Below, piece after piece: positions 9,412-18,916 of a DNA stretch of 64,000 nucleotides. The stretch comes from Bacillales bacterium UBA4100 (lineage in GTDB: Bacteria; Bacillota; Bacilli; Paenibacillales; UBA4045): NCBI GenBank assembly GCA_002383285.1, contig DFXU01000002.1:3-64002 (forward strand), in the 5' to 3' direction. The first letter of the stretch is position 1. Every line of letters starts with the position of its first letter. The notes under the pieces are model-generated. The model was given only the letters and a program-made list of their open reading frames with translations. It was not told the DNA's origin and did not search any database. The position numbers were made by a program, and so were the translations under genes.

Positions 9412-10267
9412 GATTTTCTTGGAAATGATTAAATTTGAACATACTTTGTTCGCATTACCTTTTGCTTACATGGGTGCTGTTCTTGCCTCTGTTTATGTAT
9501 TTGATAGACTTCCATCATGGGCTGAGCTCGGATGGATTACGCTTGCTATGGTTGGCGCTAGGACTGCTGCTATGGGCTTAAATCGTGTCATTGATCGAAC
9601 AATCGATGCCAAGAATCCTAGAACAGCAGGACGGGCTATTCCCGCGGGATTAATATCTTCATTAGAGGTATGGATGTTCATTGTCATTTCCTTCGTATTA
9701 TTATTCGTAGCCACTTCTAATTTAGATCCATTATCGATGAAGCTATTGCCTGTTGCAGTTATTTTCTTAGTTGGTTATTCCTATACAAAGAGATTCACAT
9801 GGGCATGCCATATTATTCTTGGACTTACTATTGGCTTAGCACCCCTAGGTGCTTGGGTTGCAGTAACTGGCCAGATTGATTTAACTTCGATCATCTTCTA
9901 TCTCTCTGTTGCATTATGGACTGCAGGCTTTGATATCCTCTATGCATGTCAGGATTTGGAGCATGACCGTAAGGAAGGCCTATATTCCATTCCATCCCGA
10001 TTCGGTATAACACGAGCCTTATGGATTGCTAGAGGCTTCCATGTTGCGACAGCAGCAGGCTTATTCTCACTTATATGGTTAGCGAATTTAAGCTGGTTTT
10101 ATACCACTGGCATGATAGTTGCTTATATGATCCTTGTGTATGAACATCTCTTGGTATCTCCCAATGATTTAACTCGTTTGAACACCGCTTTCTTCACTAT
10201 GAATGGAGTGTTGAGTATTGTCCTGTTCGCATTTACAATCATTGACCTGGTGGTGCGTTATGGATGA
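9398..10267 (+). CDS. UbiA-family aromatic prenyltransferase (MqnP/4-hydroxybenzoate polyprenyltransferase-like)
   Basis: About 8 TM segments. Asp-rich motifs NRVIDRTID and DLEHD. Overlaps menG by 14 nt. Confidence 0.85.
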   Translation: MRKLKIFLEMIKFEHTLFALPFAYMGAVLASVYVFDRLPSWAELGWITLAMVGARTAAMGLNRVIDRTIDAKNPRTAGRAIPAGLISSLEVWMFIVISFVLLFVATSNLDPLSMKLLPVAVIFLVGYSYTKRFTWACHIILGLTIGLAPLGAWVAVTGQIDLTSIIFYLSVALWTAGFDILYACQDLEHDRKEGLYSIPSRFGITRALWIARGFHVATAAGLFSLIWLANLSWFYTTGMIVAYMILVYEHLLVSPNDLTRLNTAFFTMNGVLSIVLFAFTIIDLVVRYG

Positions 10268-10893
10268 GCAATAAGGAGACACGCAGATGGATCGTTGGAA
10301 TAACAGGGGCTAGTGGCAGCATATATGGGGCTACTCTTATCCGCTATCTCCTACGCGAGAAGTATACGGTGCATCTTGTGATAACAGATGCTGGTTGGCG
10401 TGTGCTGCACGATGAGTTAGGCTGGAATACCTCAAAGCGGAATGAAGCCATTATTGAACAGTTTGGAGATCAACATCTAAACTTCAAATACCATCCGATT
10501 CAGGATATTGGAGCAAGTATAGCAAGTGGATCATATCAGGTGGATGGTATGGTTATCATACCTTGCTCTATGGGGTCATTGGCTGCTATAGCAAATGGAT
10601 TTTCGAATAATTTATTGCAACGGGCAGCGGATGTCATGCTTAAAGAGCGCCGTAAGCTGATTATCGTCCCTAGAGAAACCCCGTTGTCGGCCATACATTT
10701 GGAGAACATGCTAAAGCTTGCTAAACTAGGAGTAACAATTGCCCCTGCCATGCCGGCTTTCTATCATAAGCCGGATAATATTGAGGATATGGTTCGATTT
10801 ATGGTGGGAAAGGCAATGGACTCGATGGGGATTGACAATCAAGTATACAGCAGATGGGGAGAAGACGATGGAGGGTTCACAAAGAATACTTAG
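10264..10893 (+). CDS. ubiX: UbiX-family flavin prenyltransferase
   Basis: 209 aa. IVGITGASGSIYG N-terminus and IIPCSMGSLAAIA motif. Confidence 0.9.
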   Translation: MSNKETRRWIVGITGASGSIYGATLIRYLLREKYTVHLVITDAGWRVLHDELGWNTSKRNEAIIEQFGDQHLNFKYHPIQDIGASIASGSYQVDGMVIIPCSMGSLAAIANGFSNNLLQRAADVMLKERRKLIIVPRETPLSAIHLENMLKLAKLGVTIAPAMPAFYHKPDNIEDMVRFMVGKAMDSMGIDNQVYSRWGEDDGGFTKNT

Positions 10894-11731
10894 AATTGGC
10901 CAAATTGATTTCACTAACGTCTGGCCTGTGTCCCATTATTTTCCAGTAGCTAAATTTGGCTCTTCAATAGAGATTATCTCTCAGGTACCAACTGATCTGA
11001 ATCGTAATATGCGGAATGGGGCTATCGATATTGGACCTATTTCGTCATTTGCATATGCAGAATCTCATAATCGTTATTTTATTCTACCTCATTTATCTGT
11101 CAGTGCATTCGGTTCGGTCCGCTCCATCCTATTATTCTATAGAGATAGTCTTGATCGAGTGAAGAATGGTCGAATTGCTTTGACGACAGCATCTGCAACT
11201 TCGGTTAACTTATTAAAAATAATTTTGCAAAAGTTTCATGGAGGAAATCCAGAATATTCTTTTGCTCCACCTTCATTACATGATATGATAGAAGGAATGG
11301 ATGGCGCGCTATTGATTGGCGATGATGCTATTCGGGCAAGCTGGGAGCAACACGGCTATAAGGTTCTTGATCTAAGTGAGGAATGGACAAGGCATACCGG
11401 TTGTTGGATGACATTTGCAATTTGGGCAGTTCAACGTGAAGCAATAGAATCTATGCCGGATTTAATAAGTCAAATCCAAGCATCTCTTCTTGAGAGTAAA
11501 GTGAGAGGGAAGTCAGACCAAAGTGGGATTATTACAGCAGCTATGGATCGTCTAGGAGGCACTTATGACTACTGGGATCTGTATTTCTCCGAGCTTAATC
11601 ATGATTTCTCCGATGAACAGAAGAAGGGACTGCTATTGTATTACCGATACGCATTAGAGCTAGGATTATTGTCTGGTGAAGTACCACTAAATATATGGAA
11701 TAATACTAAGTTAATACAGGTGAATGAATGA
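10868..11731 (+). CDS. MqnA/MqnD-family (VitK2 biosynthesis, SBP-fold) menaquinone biosynthesis protein
   Basis: ATG 10868 after GGGGAG. LRIGQIDFTNVWPV N-terminus is typical of MqnA-like proteins. The track start 10739 lies inside ubiX. Confidence 0.65.
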   Translation: MEGSQRILRIGQIDFTNVWPVSHYFPVAKFGSSIEIISQVPTDLNRNMRNGAIDIGPISSFAYAESHNRYFILPHLSVSAFGSVRSILLFYRDSLDRVKNGRIALTTASATSVNLLKIILQKFHGGNPEYSFAPPSLHDMIEGMDGALLIGDDAIRASWEQHGYKVLDLSEEWTRHTGCWMTFAIWAVQREAIESMPDLISQIQASLLESKVRGKSDQSGIITAAMDRLGGTYDYWDLYFSELNHDFSDEQKKGLLLYYRYALELGLLSGEVPLNIWNNTKLIQVNE

Positions 11732-12702
11732 AACTTTTAGATATTTATTTGAGCTTAAAAGGTGACATCCGACATATAGAAGATGAATTGGATAGAAGCA
11801 TTAGATCCGACCATGCATTACTCAACAAAACTTCACTCCACTTACTTAAAGCTGGCGGAAAGCGAATTCGTCCCGTATTCGTTTTACTTGCGGGTCAGTT
11901 TGGGGATTATTCCCTAGAACGTCTAAAGCATGTTGCTGTTGCATTGGAGCTTATACATATGGCGAGCTTGGTACACGATGATGTCATTGATGATGCCGAT
12001 ACACGTCGTGGTCAATTCACCGTTAAGTCTAAATGGGATAATCGCATTGCCATGTATACAGGGGATTATATCTTCGCCAAAGCATTGACGGTGCTTACCG
12101 AGCTTGAGGAGCCAGCCATTCACAAAATTCTTTCCAAAGCAATGGTCCAAATGACCATAGGTGAGATGGAGCAAATTCGGTACTTCTTCCATTATGAGCA
12201 ATCGGTGAGAGAGTACTTGTTACGTATACGCAGGAAGACCGCGTTATTATTCGCTGTAAGCTGTCAACTCGGAGCATTAGCCGTTGGAGCAGAATATACG
12301 AAAGCAAGAGCATTGTATGCATTTGGTTATAATGTGGGTATGGCCTTCCAAATTCGAGATGATATCTTGGATATCAGTGGTACAGAGAAGCAGATTGGCA
12401 AACCGCCTGGAAGCGATATTCGCCAAGGTAATATTACACTTCCATTCATCATGGCGCTTAAGGAAACCCATCTGAGAGATCGAATGATCTCATCGATCCT
12501 TACCCTACGTGATTCGAATGGTCAATCGGATACGTCGGCTTTATTGAAGATGATTAGAGAGAGCAATGGATTGATTGAAGCGGAAAAGCTCGCGGAATTA
12601 TATATTGAGAAAGCTATTATAGCTGTTAACCAATTGCCTGACCAATCAGCCAAACGCAGCTTAATTGATATTGCTCATTTTGTCGGTAACCGTACATACT
12701 AA
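11728..12702 (+). CDS. hepT: Heptaprenyl diphosphate synthase component II (polyprenyl synthetase)
   Basis: DDVIDDADTRRG and FQIRDDILD Asp-rich motifs. Confidence 0.93.
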   Translation: MKLLDIYLSLKGDIRHIEDELDRSIRSDHALLNKTSLHLLKAGGKRIRPVFVLLAGQFGDYSLERLKHVAVALELIHMASLVHDDVIDDADTRRGQFTVKSKWDNRIAMYTGDYIFAKALTVLTELEEPAIHKILSKAMVQMTIGEMEQIRYFFHYEQSVREYLLRIRRKTALLFAVSCQLGALAVGAEYTKARALYAFGYNVGMAFQIRDDILDISGTEKQIGKPPGSDIRQGNITLPFIMALKETHLRDRMISSILTLRDSNGQSDTSALLKMIRESNGLIEAEKLAELYIEKAIIAVNQLPDQSAKRSLIDIAHFVGNRTY

Positions 12703-12727
12703 TTAGCACGAATAGGAGGCAATAATA

Positions 12728-13171
12728 ATGGAAAGAACGTACTTAATGCTTAAGCCCGATGGAGTTCAGCGAGGTTTAGTTGGAGAAATTGTAACACGAT
12801 TTGAGAATAAAGGGTTTACATTGATTGGTAGTAAATTAATGCGTATGACACGTCAGCAAGCTGAGAAGCATTATGGTGAGCATCAAGGAAAACCGTTCTT
12901 TGAGGGGTTAGTAGATTTCATTACCTCAGGGCCTGTATTTGCAATGGTATGGGAAGGAGACCAAGTCATTACTATATCTCGTATGATGATAGGTAAGACG
13001 AATACACTTGATGCATTACCCGGTACCATCCGTGGGGATTACGCTGTCCATACGGGTCTCAATATTATCCATGGTTCAGATTCTCCGGAAAGCGCTGAGT
13101 TTGAAATAAACCATTTCTTCAAGCCTGAGGAATTGATCACATACACAAGAGCAATTCAGCAATGGATTTGA
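12728..13171 (+). CDS. ndk: Nucleoside-diphosphate kinase
   Basis: 147 aa with [20 protein letters not shown] and the NIIHGSD active-site His. Confidence 0.97.
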   Translation: MERTYLMLKPDGVQRGLVGEIVTRFENKGFTLIGSKLMRMTRQQAEKHYGEHQGKPFFEGLVDFITSGPVFAMVWEGDQVITISRMMIGKTNTLDALPGTIRGDYAVHTGLNIIHGSDSPESAEFEINHFFKPEELITYTRAIQQWI

Positions 13172-13200
13172 AATAAGTGGAGATCATGGAGTGATGAGAG

Positions 13201-13980
13201 TTGGAGGATTTAGATTATAGTTTATTCATACGTAAAGTTAATGAAAATCTAAATCTGGACTTAAGTAACTACAAAGAAACCCAGATGAAGCGTCGATTGA
13301 CGTCCTTGTACATAAAGAGAGGCTTTACTTCTTTTGTATCTTACTTCAACGCCTTAACGAAAGATAAGGACCTCATGAATGAGTTTATGGACAGAGTAAC
13401 CATTAATGTGTCTGAATTCTGGCGGAATCCTACAAGGTGGACCGTCCTAGAGCAGAAATATATTCCTGAGATGTTGAGAAGGACGCCTCGACTAAAGTGC
13501 TGGAGTGCAGCTTGCTCTACGGGTGAGGAGCCCTATACGCTAGCAATGTTACTCATGGAAGCAAATGCTGACCGCCCTGACATTCTCGCGATGGATTTAG
13601 ATGATCTCGTCTTGTCCAAAGCATTGAAGGGTGAATACATAGAACGATCGGTGCGGGATATCCCGCCTACTTATCTGACCAAATATTTTAGCAAAGTGAA
13701 TGATACTTACCTTGTTGATCAATCCCTAAAAAAGCTTATACGATTTCGTAAAGGAAATCTTCTGCTTGATCGCTTCGAGAAGGACTTTGATCTAATCATC
13801 TGTAGGAATGTAATGATCTACTTCACGGAGACTGCTAAACAGGAGCTGTATCATAAATTTTCGCAATCACTAAAGCCTGATGGACTATTATTCGTAGGCA
13901 GCACTGAACAAATTTTCTCACCTGCTCAATACCATTTAGAAGCAGTAGATTCATTCTTTTATCGAAAGATGAAAGTATAA
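13201..13980 (+). CDS. cheR: Chemotaxis protein methyltransferase CheR
   Basis: CheR N-terminal and SAM-binding domains (WSAACSTGEEPYTLAMLL). Same position as B. subtilis cheR. Confidence 0.9.
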   Translation: MEDLDYSLFIRKVNENLNLDLSNYKETQMKRRLTSLYIKRGFTSFVSYFNALTKDKDLMNEFMDRVTINVSEFWRNPTRWTVLEQKYIPEMLRRTPRLKCWSAACSTGEEPYTLAMLLMEANADRPDILAMDLDDLVLSKALKGEYIERSVRDIPPTYLTKYFSKVNDTYLVDQSLKKLIRFRKGNLLLDRFEKDFDLIICRNVMIYFTETAKQELYHKFSQSLKPDGLLFVGSTEQIFSPAQYHLEAVDSFFYRKMKV

Positions 13981-14031
13981 CCCTTGCCAAATATTGCAAT
14001 ACTAATTGTATTGAATGCGGAAGGGGTCTAT

Positions 14032-14193
14032 ATGATGGACAGAACAAAAGTAATTTCTGCTTATTTACGAGGCTTCATTACGATGAAGGAGTGTGAACAG
14101 ATTCTTGGTATCGATGCTTCATTCATACATGGAATGGTTCAGAACCATCGCTCGCAAAATTCTGCGTCTGTTCAGCAATCGGTTAATCATTAG
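14032..14193 (+). CDS. Small hypothetical protein (53 aa)
   Basis: ATG 14032 after GAAGGGG, followed by a strong terminator. No family recognised. Confidence 0.35.
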   Translation: MMDRTKVISAYLRGFITMKECEQILGIDASFIHGMVQNHRSQNSASVQQSVNH

Positions 14194-14222
14194 AATGTAG
14201 ACTTGCAGGTGTAATAAGTAAG

Positions 14223-14254
14223 CCGTTGGAACCATCGCTTCCAACGGTTTTTTT
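14223..14254 (+). terminator. Intrinsic terminator
   Basis: CCGTTGGAA/TTCCAACGG 9-bp stem followed by T7. Confidence 0.85.
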
Positions 14255-14313
14255 AGTGTGTGTGGATGAGATGGGATGTTTATTGATTACTCATACTAGA
14301 GAGCTCAGTTTTC

Positions 14314-14342
14314 TTGTCAAACCCGTTCCTCTATACTATAAT
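14314..14342 (+). promoter_or_regulatory. Sigma-A promoter TTGTCA-17-TATAAT for aroC-aroB-aroH
   Basis: Near-consensus hexamers with 17-nt spacing, about 110 nt upstream of aroC. Confidence 0.6.
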
Positions 14343-14452
14343 GAGCAAAGAACATTGAGGCTTTAAGGATTTATGCTAGCCATTAAGTCGAAGTTATAGA
14401 TTAGCAATTTCAAGGGTATCGGTTTGTAGTCGAACGTGAGGGGGAAACATTG

Positions 14453-15616
14453 GTGCGTTACTTAACTGCAGGTGAAACACATGGTCCACAACTGACGGCC
14501 ATCATTGAAGGTGTGCCTAGTAATATGAAATTTTCATTCGAATTGATTAATGAACAATTACAGCGGAGGCAGAAGGGCCACGGCCGTGGGCGCAGAATGC
14601 AGATCGAGAAGGATGAAGCAGCTGTAATGGGTGGTGTTCGACACGGGCGCACTACAGGCGCTCCGATTGCACTTATTATTGAGAATAAGGATTGGAAGCA
14701 TTGGACAACCGTTATGAATATTGAACCTATTGAGGGTAGTGACGAAGACAAGCGTCGTGTAAACCGTCCTCGTCCCGGTCATGCCGACCTCAATGGCGGC
14801 TTGAAGTACAACCTCACCGACTTGAGGAATGTGCTTGAGCGTTCAAGCGCAAGAGAGACTGCTGCCCGTGTGGCTTGCGGGGCTGTTGCTCGCATGTTAT
14901 TAGCTGAGTTTGGCATTAAGGTAGCAGGTCAGGTTATTCGAATTGGCGAGATAGAAGCAGATCGTCATGATCTCCCGCTAGATGAATTAATAGATATCAC
15001 AGAGCAATCTCCTGTCCGTGTGGTTGATAAAGCGGCTGAAGCGAAGATGATCGAGCATATTGATCAGACTAAGAAAGACGGAGACTCTATTGGTGGAATC
15101 GTAGAATGTATTGTAGAGGGGGTTCCTATTGGACTCGGTAGCTATGTTCAATGGGATCGCAAGCTGGATGGACGGATAGCTCAAGCCGTTGTATCCATTA
15201 ATGCATTCAAAGGCGTTGAATTTGGTATTGGCTTCGAGGCCGCGCAGAAGCCCGGTTCACAAGTTCACGACGAGATCATGTATACGGAAGAGCAGGGATT
15301 CTATCGCGCTTCGAATCGCTTAGGCGGCTTCGAAGGTGGTATGACTAACGGTATGCCCATTATTGTTCGGGGTGTAATGAAACCAATTCCGACATTATAT
15401 AAACCACTGCAGAGCGTCGATATTGATACGAAGGAGCCATTCACAGCTCAAGTTGAACGCTCAGATGCATGTGCGGTTCCAGCGGCAAGCGTTGTGCTTG
15501 AAGCTGTTGTAGCATGGGAGGTAGCAGTTTCCTTCCTCGATAAATTCGGTGGTGATTCTATCGAAGAAATAAGAAGCAATTATGAGAGCTATTTAGCTCA
15601 AGTGGAGCGGTATTAA
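14453..15616 (+). CDS. aroC: Chorismate synthase
   Basis: GTG 14453 gives [14 protein letters not shown], the canonical N-terminus. GAGGGGGA SD. Confidence 0.96.
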   Translation: MRYLTAGETHGPQLTAIIEGVPSNMKFSFELINEQLQRRQKGHGRGRRMQIEKDEAAVMGGVRHGRTTGAPIALIIENKDWKHWTTVMNIEPIEGSDEDKRRVNRPRPGHADLNGGLKYNLTDLRNVLERSSARETAARVACGAVARMLLAEFGIKVAGQVIRIGEIEADRHDLPLDELIDITEQSPVRVVDKAAEAKMIEHIDQTKKDGDSIGGIVECIVEGVPIGLGSYVQWDRKLDGRIAQAVVSINAFKGVEFGIGFEAAQKPGSQVHDEIMYTEEQGFYRASNRLGGFEGGMTNGMPIIVRGVMKPIPTLYKPLQSVDIDTKEPFTAQVERSDACAVPAASVVLEAVVAWEVAVSFLDKFGGDSIEEIRSNYESYLAQVERY

Positions 15617-15617
15617 T

Positions 15618-16712
15618 ATGAAGCAGATTACAGTTGAGCTAGGTGAACGTTCATATCCAATATATATAGGAGAAGGGATATTGGATCGTATTGGAGAATT
15701 CTTCGCAGAACGTTCCATCAATAAGCATTCACCCATACTCATCATTACTGATGAGAATCTAGCTGCACAGCATCTGGATAATGTAACGCACAATCTGAAG
15801 CATGCTGGCTATAACGTAATTGTAAAAATTGTGCCACCTGGAGAAAGGTCTAAATCTCTAGCTGTTCTTGAGGACGTTATCGGTGCTGCGCTACATGGTG
15901 GACTTGATCGACAGTCGACTATTGTTGCGCTGGGTGGTGGTGTGGTAGGTGATTTAGCCGGTTTTGTTGCTGCTAGTTATATGCGTGGAGTCCGCTTTGT
16001 ACAGATCGCAACTACAATTCAAGCACATGATTCAAGTGTTGGCGGTAAGGTCGGAGTCAATCATCCCTTCGCTAAGAATATCATTGGTGCATTTCACCAG
16101 CCAGAATTAGTCATATTCGATATAGCAACACTTCGTACACTACCTGATAGAGAGATTCGTTCAGGCCTGTCTGAAGTGCTTAAGGAGGGCTTGATCTGGG
16201 ATGCTGAGTTCGTTGCTTGGTGTGATCAGAATACGGATAATCTACTTGAGATGAATTCGGATGCGCTACAACATGCTATATATGAAGGCATTCGTATTAA
16301 AGCTAATGTTGTTTCGTTGGATGAGCGGGAGAATGATCTTAGAGCTATTCTAAACTTGGGGCATACGATTGGGCACGCTCTTGAAGCCGTTTCAGGATAT
16401 AATGAGCTGCTTCATGGAGAAGCAATTTCGATTGGTATGGTTGGAGCAGCCAAGCTTGCGATACGTCTCGGGAGCCCAGAATCGATATACATAGAGACTA
16501 AGAGATTGTTATCTAATCTTGGATTACCTACGAGACTGCCCGAGCATCTAGACATAGAAGAAATCATGAGCGCAATGATGCATGACAAGAAATTCAAAGA
16601 GGGTCAAATGGTATTCGTAATACCTATTGCAATTGGGTCTGTAGAAGTTCGCAAAGGTGTTCCTGCGGAGTTAGTTAGAGAAGTGGTAATAGAGTTAAAA
16701 CGGGAGGTGTAG
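15618..16712 (+). CDS. aroB: 3-dehydroquinate synthase
   Basis: 364 aa with GGGVVGDLAGF and the HxxGH metal motif (LGHTIGHALE). Confidence 0.95.
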   Translation: MKQITVELGERSYPIYIGEGILDRIGEFFAERSINKHSPILIITDENLAAQHLDNVTHNLKHAGYNVIVKIVPPGERSKSLAVLEDVIGAALHGGLDRQSTIVALGGGVVGDLAGFVAASYMRGVRFVQIATTIQAHDSSVGGKVGVNHPFAKNIIGAFHQPELVIFDIATLRTLPDREIRSGLSEVLKEGLIWDAEFVAWCDQNTDNLLEMNSDALQHAIYEGIRIKANVVSLDERENDLRAILNLGHTIGHALEAVSGYNELLHGEAISIGMVGAAKLAIRLGSPESIYIETKRLLSNLGLPTRLPEHLDIEEIMSAMMHDKKFKEGQMVFVIPIAIGSVEVRKGVPAELVREVVIELKREV

Positions 16713-16715
16713 TTT

Positions 16716-17096
16716 ATGAAGGTCAGGGGAATTCGAGGGGCAACCACAGTAGAACATAACGAAGCAGAAGAAATTCTTGCATCTACAGTGGAGCTGTTAA
16801 ATCAGATTATTGTTGAGAATGATATTGAACCAGAGGATATATGCAGTGTGTTCGTTACAACTACACAGGATTTAGACGCAACATTCCCTGCACGCGCTAT
16901 TCGTCAGATGCAAGGCTGGGAGCTTGTTCCCTTAATGTGCTCACTAGAGATTGCAGTTAAGAATAGTTTAGAGAAATGTATTCGTCTCATGGTATTGGTG
17001 AATACCCATAAGGATCAGAATGAAATTCATCATGTTTATCTAAATCATGCCTCTATTCTTCGACCAGATCTTAAAGAAAAGATGAACCATTCCTAA
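16716..17096 (+). CDS. aroH: Chorismate mutase, AroH class
   Basis: 126 aa with MKVRGIRGATTV N-terminus. Sits between aroB and trpE as in B. subtilis. Confidence 0.9.
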   Translation: MKVRGIRGATTVEHNEAEEILASTVELLNQIIVENDIEPEDICSVFVTTTQDLDATFPARAIRQMQGWELVPLMCSLEIAVKNSLEKCIRLMVLVNTHKDQNEIHHVYLNHASILRPDLKEKMNHS

Positions 17097-17104
17097 ATGC
17101 ATGG

Positions 17105-17134
17105 TTGACGATGCTTTATTCCGTAATGTATAGT
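17105..17134 (+). promoter_or_regulatory. trp operon promoter TTGACG-18-TATAGT
   Basis: Hexamers read directly from the sequence, immediately after the aroH stop. Confidence 0.5.
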
Positions 17135-17144
17135 AGTGACAGCA

Positions 17145-17187
17145 GAGTTGAGTAGAGTTTAGTTGAGGTTAGATGAGTTGAGCTGAG
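17145..17187 (+). promoter_or_regulatory. TRAP-binding array: nine (G/U)AG triplets, each separated by exactly 2 nt
   Basis: GAGttGAGtaGAGttTAGttGAGgtTAGatGAGttGAGctGAG. The cognate mtrB is at 6783-7007. Confidence 0.85.
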
Positions 17188-17288
17188 TAAGTAAGCGCGC
17201 CAATACAAGGGATAGAAACCAGCATATTAAGCTGTGATTTCTTATTTTCTGTTGTATTTAGGCACAAACCATCTGAAACTGAACTTAT

Positions 17289-17315
17289 CCTCTACGATGT
17301 TGTAGAGGTTTTTTT
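17289..17315 (+). terminator. trp attenuator (intrinsic terminator in the leader)
   Basis: CCTCTAC/GTAGAGG stem followed by T7, 40 nt before the trpE ATG. Confidence 0.8.
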
Positions 17316-17354
17316 ATATTAAATATTATTTATTAAAAAAAAGGAGTGATACCC

Positions 17355-18914
17355 ATGTACAGCCCAGAACTTACTGAAGTAATCCGACTTGCTAAGGAGC
17401 ATAATCTGATACCCATTGCCCGGACACTGATGGCTGATACGGAAACACCAATCCGCGTATTCCAGCATTTGTACCGAGAGCCTAGGGCCTTTCTATTAGA
17501 GAGCGTTGAAGGTGGTGTGAAATGGGCAAGATACTCCTTTATTGGAACGGATCCATTCCTAATTGTAAGAGGGAAGAACGGGGTGATGGATGTAGAGCAA
17601 GATGGAGTTCATCAGCAATATGATGAAAAACCAATTGAGCTCGTTAAATCGTTACTCCGTTCTTATTCTAGTCCTGCGTTACCAGAATTACCCCCTTTTA
17701 CCGGCGGAGCTATTGGCTTCTTCGGATATGATCTCTTGCAATACTATGAGAAGCTGCCTGCTCATCGAGTAGATGACTTAGAGATGGATGATGTTCACTT
17801 TATGTTCTGTGATCAGATCATCGTATTCGACCACTTTAAACAGCAGATGAAGGTCATTGCTAATGTACATGCGAAGAACGGTGCGACAGAAGAAGATATT
17901 GTTGAAGCTTATGATGCAGCATGTCAGCGTATTGAATCGATGATCGAAAGATTGAAGAGACCAACGATGCAGGATCACACAGTTGTAGGATCAATTCCAG
18001 AGGATGTGGATATCGGACAATTTCAATCGAATATGACTAAGGAGCAATATATAGATCGTGTACTTCAAGCGAAAGAGTATATTAGTGCCGGTGACATCTT
18101 CCAAGTCGTTCTATCCCAACGCTTCCATATTGAAACCGATATTTCCCCTCTCCAAGTATATCGTGTGCTTCGAACAATGAATCCTTCTCCATATATGTAC
18201 TATTTAAAGCTCGATGATGAAGTCATTGTTGGAACATCACCTGAGATGCTCGTTAAGGTAGATGAAGGTAAAGTTGAGACTAGACCCATAGCGGGTACTC
18301 GACCACGTGGAGCAACACCAGCTAGAGATCTTGAGCTTGAGAAGGAGCTGCTTGCCGATGAGAAGGAACGGGCGGAGCATCTTATGCTTGTTGATCTTGG
18401 CAGGAATGATATAGGTAGGGTATCAGAATTCGGTTCAGTTCATTGTGATTCTTATATGGAGGTTGAACGATATTCTCATGTGATGCATATCGTCTCGAAT
18501 GTAACGGGTAAGCTTCGTGAGGATAAGGACTTCTTCGATGCTTTCATATCCTGTATGCCTGCAGGTACTGTATCAGGGGCTCCTAAGCTGAGAGCAATGG
18601 GTATCATTGCCGAATTAGAGAATGAAGCACGCGGGGCATATGCCGGTGCTATCGGATATTTAGGCTTCTCGGGAAATTTGAATACATGTATTACCATTCG
18701 CACAATTATCTTTAAGAACGGCAAGGCTTATGTCCAAGCCGGAGCAGGTATTGTGTATGATTCAGTGCCTGAGAGTGAATATACAGAAACCGTGAATAAA
18801 GCTAAAGCACTCTTGAAAGCTATTCGGATGGCAGAAGCGATCTTCCGTCCAGTCAGTCAAACGGATAAGTACATTACAAATTCTGATTATTATCTTTCTG
18901 TGGGGAGGTCCTGA
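17355..18914 (+). CDS. trpE: Anthranilate synthase component I
   Basis: ATG 17355 lies 8 nt after AAGGAG. Chorismate-binding domain (GAYAGAIGYL, LLESVEGG). Confidence 0.96.
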   Translation: MYSPELTEVIRLAKEHNLIPIARTLMADTETPIRVFQHLYREPRAFLLESVEGGVKWARYSFIGTDPFLIVRGKNGVMDVEQDGVHQQYDEKPIELVKSLLRSYSSPALPELPPFTGGAIGFFGYDLLQYYEKLPAHRVDDLEMDDVHFMFCDQIIVFDHFKQQMKVIANVHAKNGATEEDIVEAYDAACQRIESMIERLKRPTMQDHTVVGSIPEDVDIGQFQSNMTKEQYIDRVLQAKEYISAGDIFQVVLSQRFHIETDISPLQVYRVLRTMNPSPYMYYLKLDDEVIVGTSPEMLVKVDEGKVETRPIAGTRPRGATPARDLELEKELLADEKERAEHLMLVDLGRNDIGRVSEFGSVHCDSYMEVERYSHVMHIVSNVTGKLREDKDFFDAFISCMPAGTVSGAPKLRAMGIIAELENEARGAYAGAIGYLGFSGNLNTCITIRTIIFKNGKAYVQAGAGIVYDSVPESEYTETVNKAKALLKAIRMAEAIFRPVSQTDKYITNSDYYLSVGRS

Positions 18915-18916
18915 AC

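Noticed and set aside
17188-17288. Second TRAP-binding array or a leader peptide in the distal trp leader.
   Set aside because: There are no further phased (G/U)AG triplets and no SD-preceded short ORF. The segment looks like a spacer or antiterminator loop.
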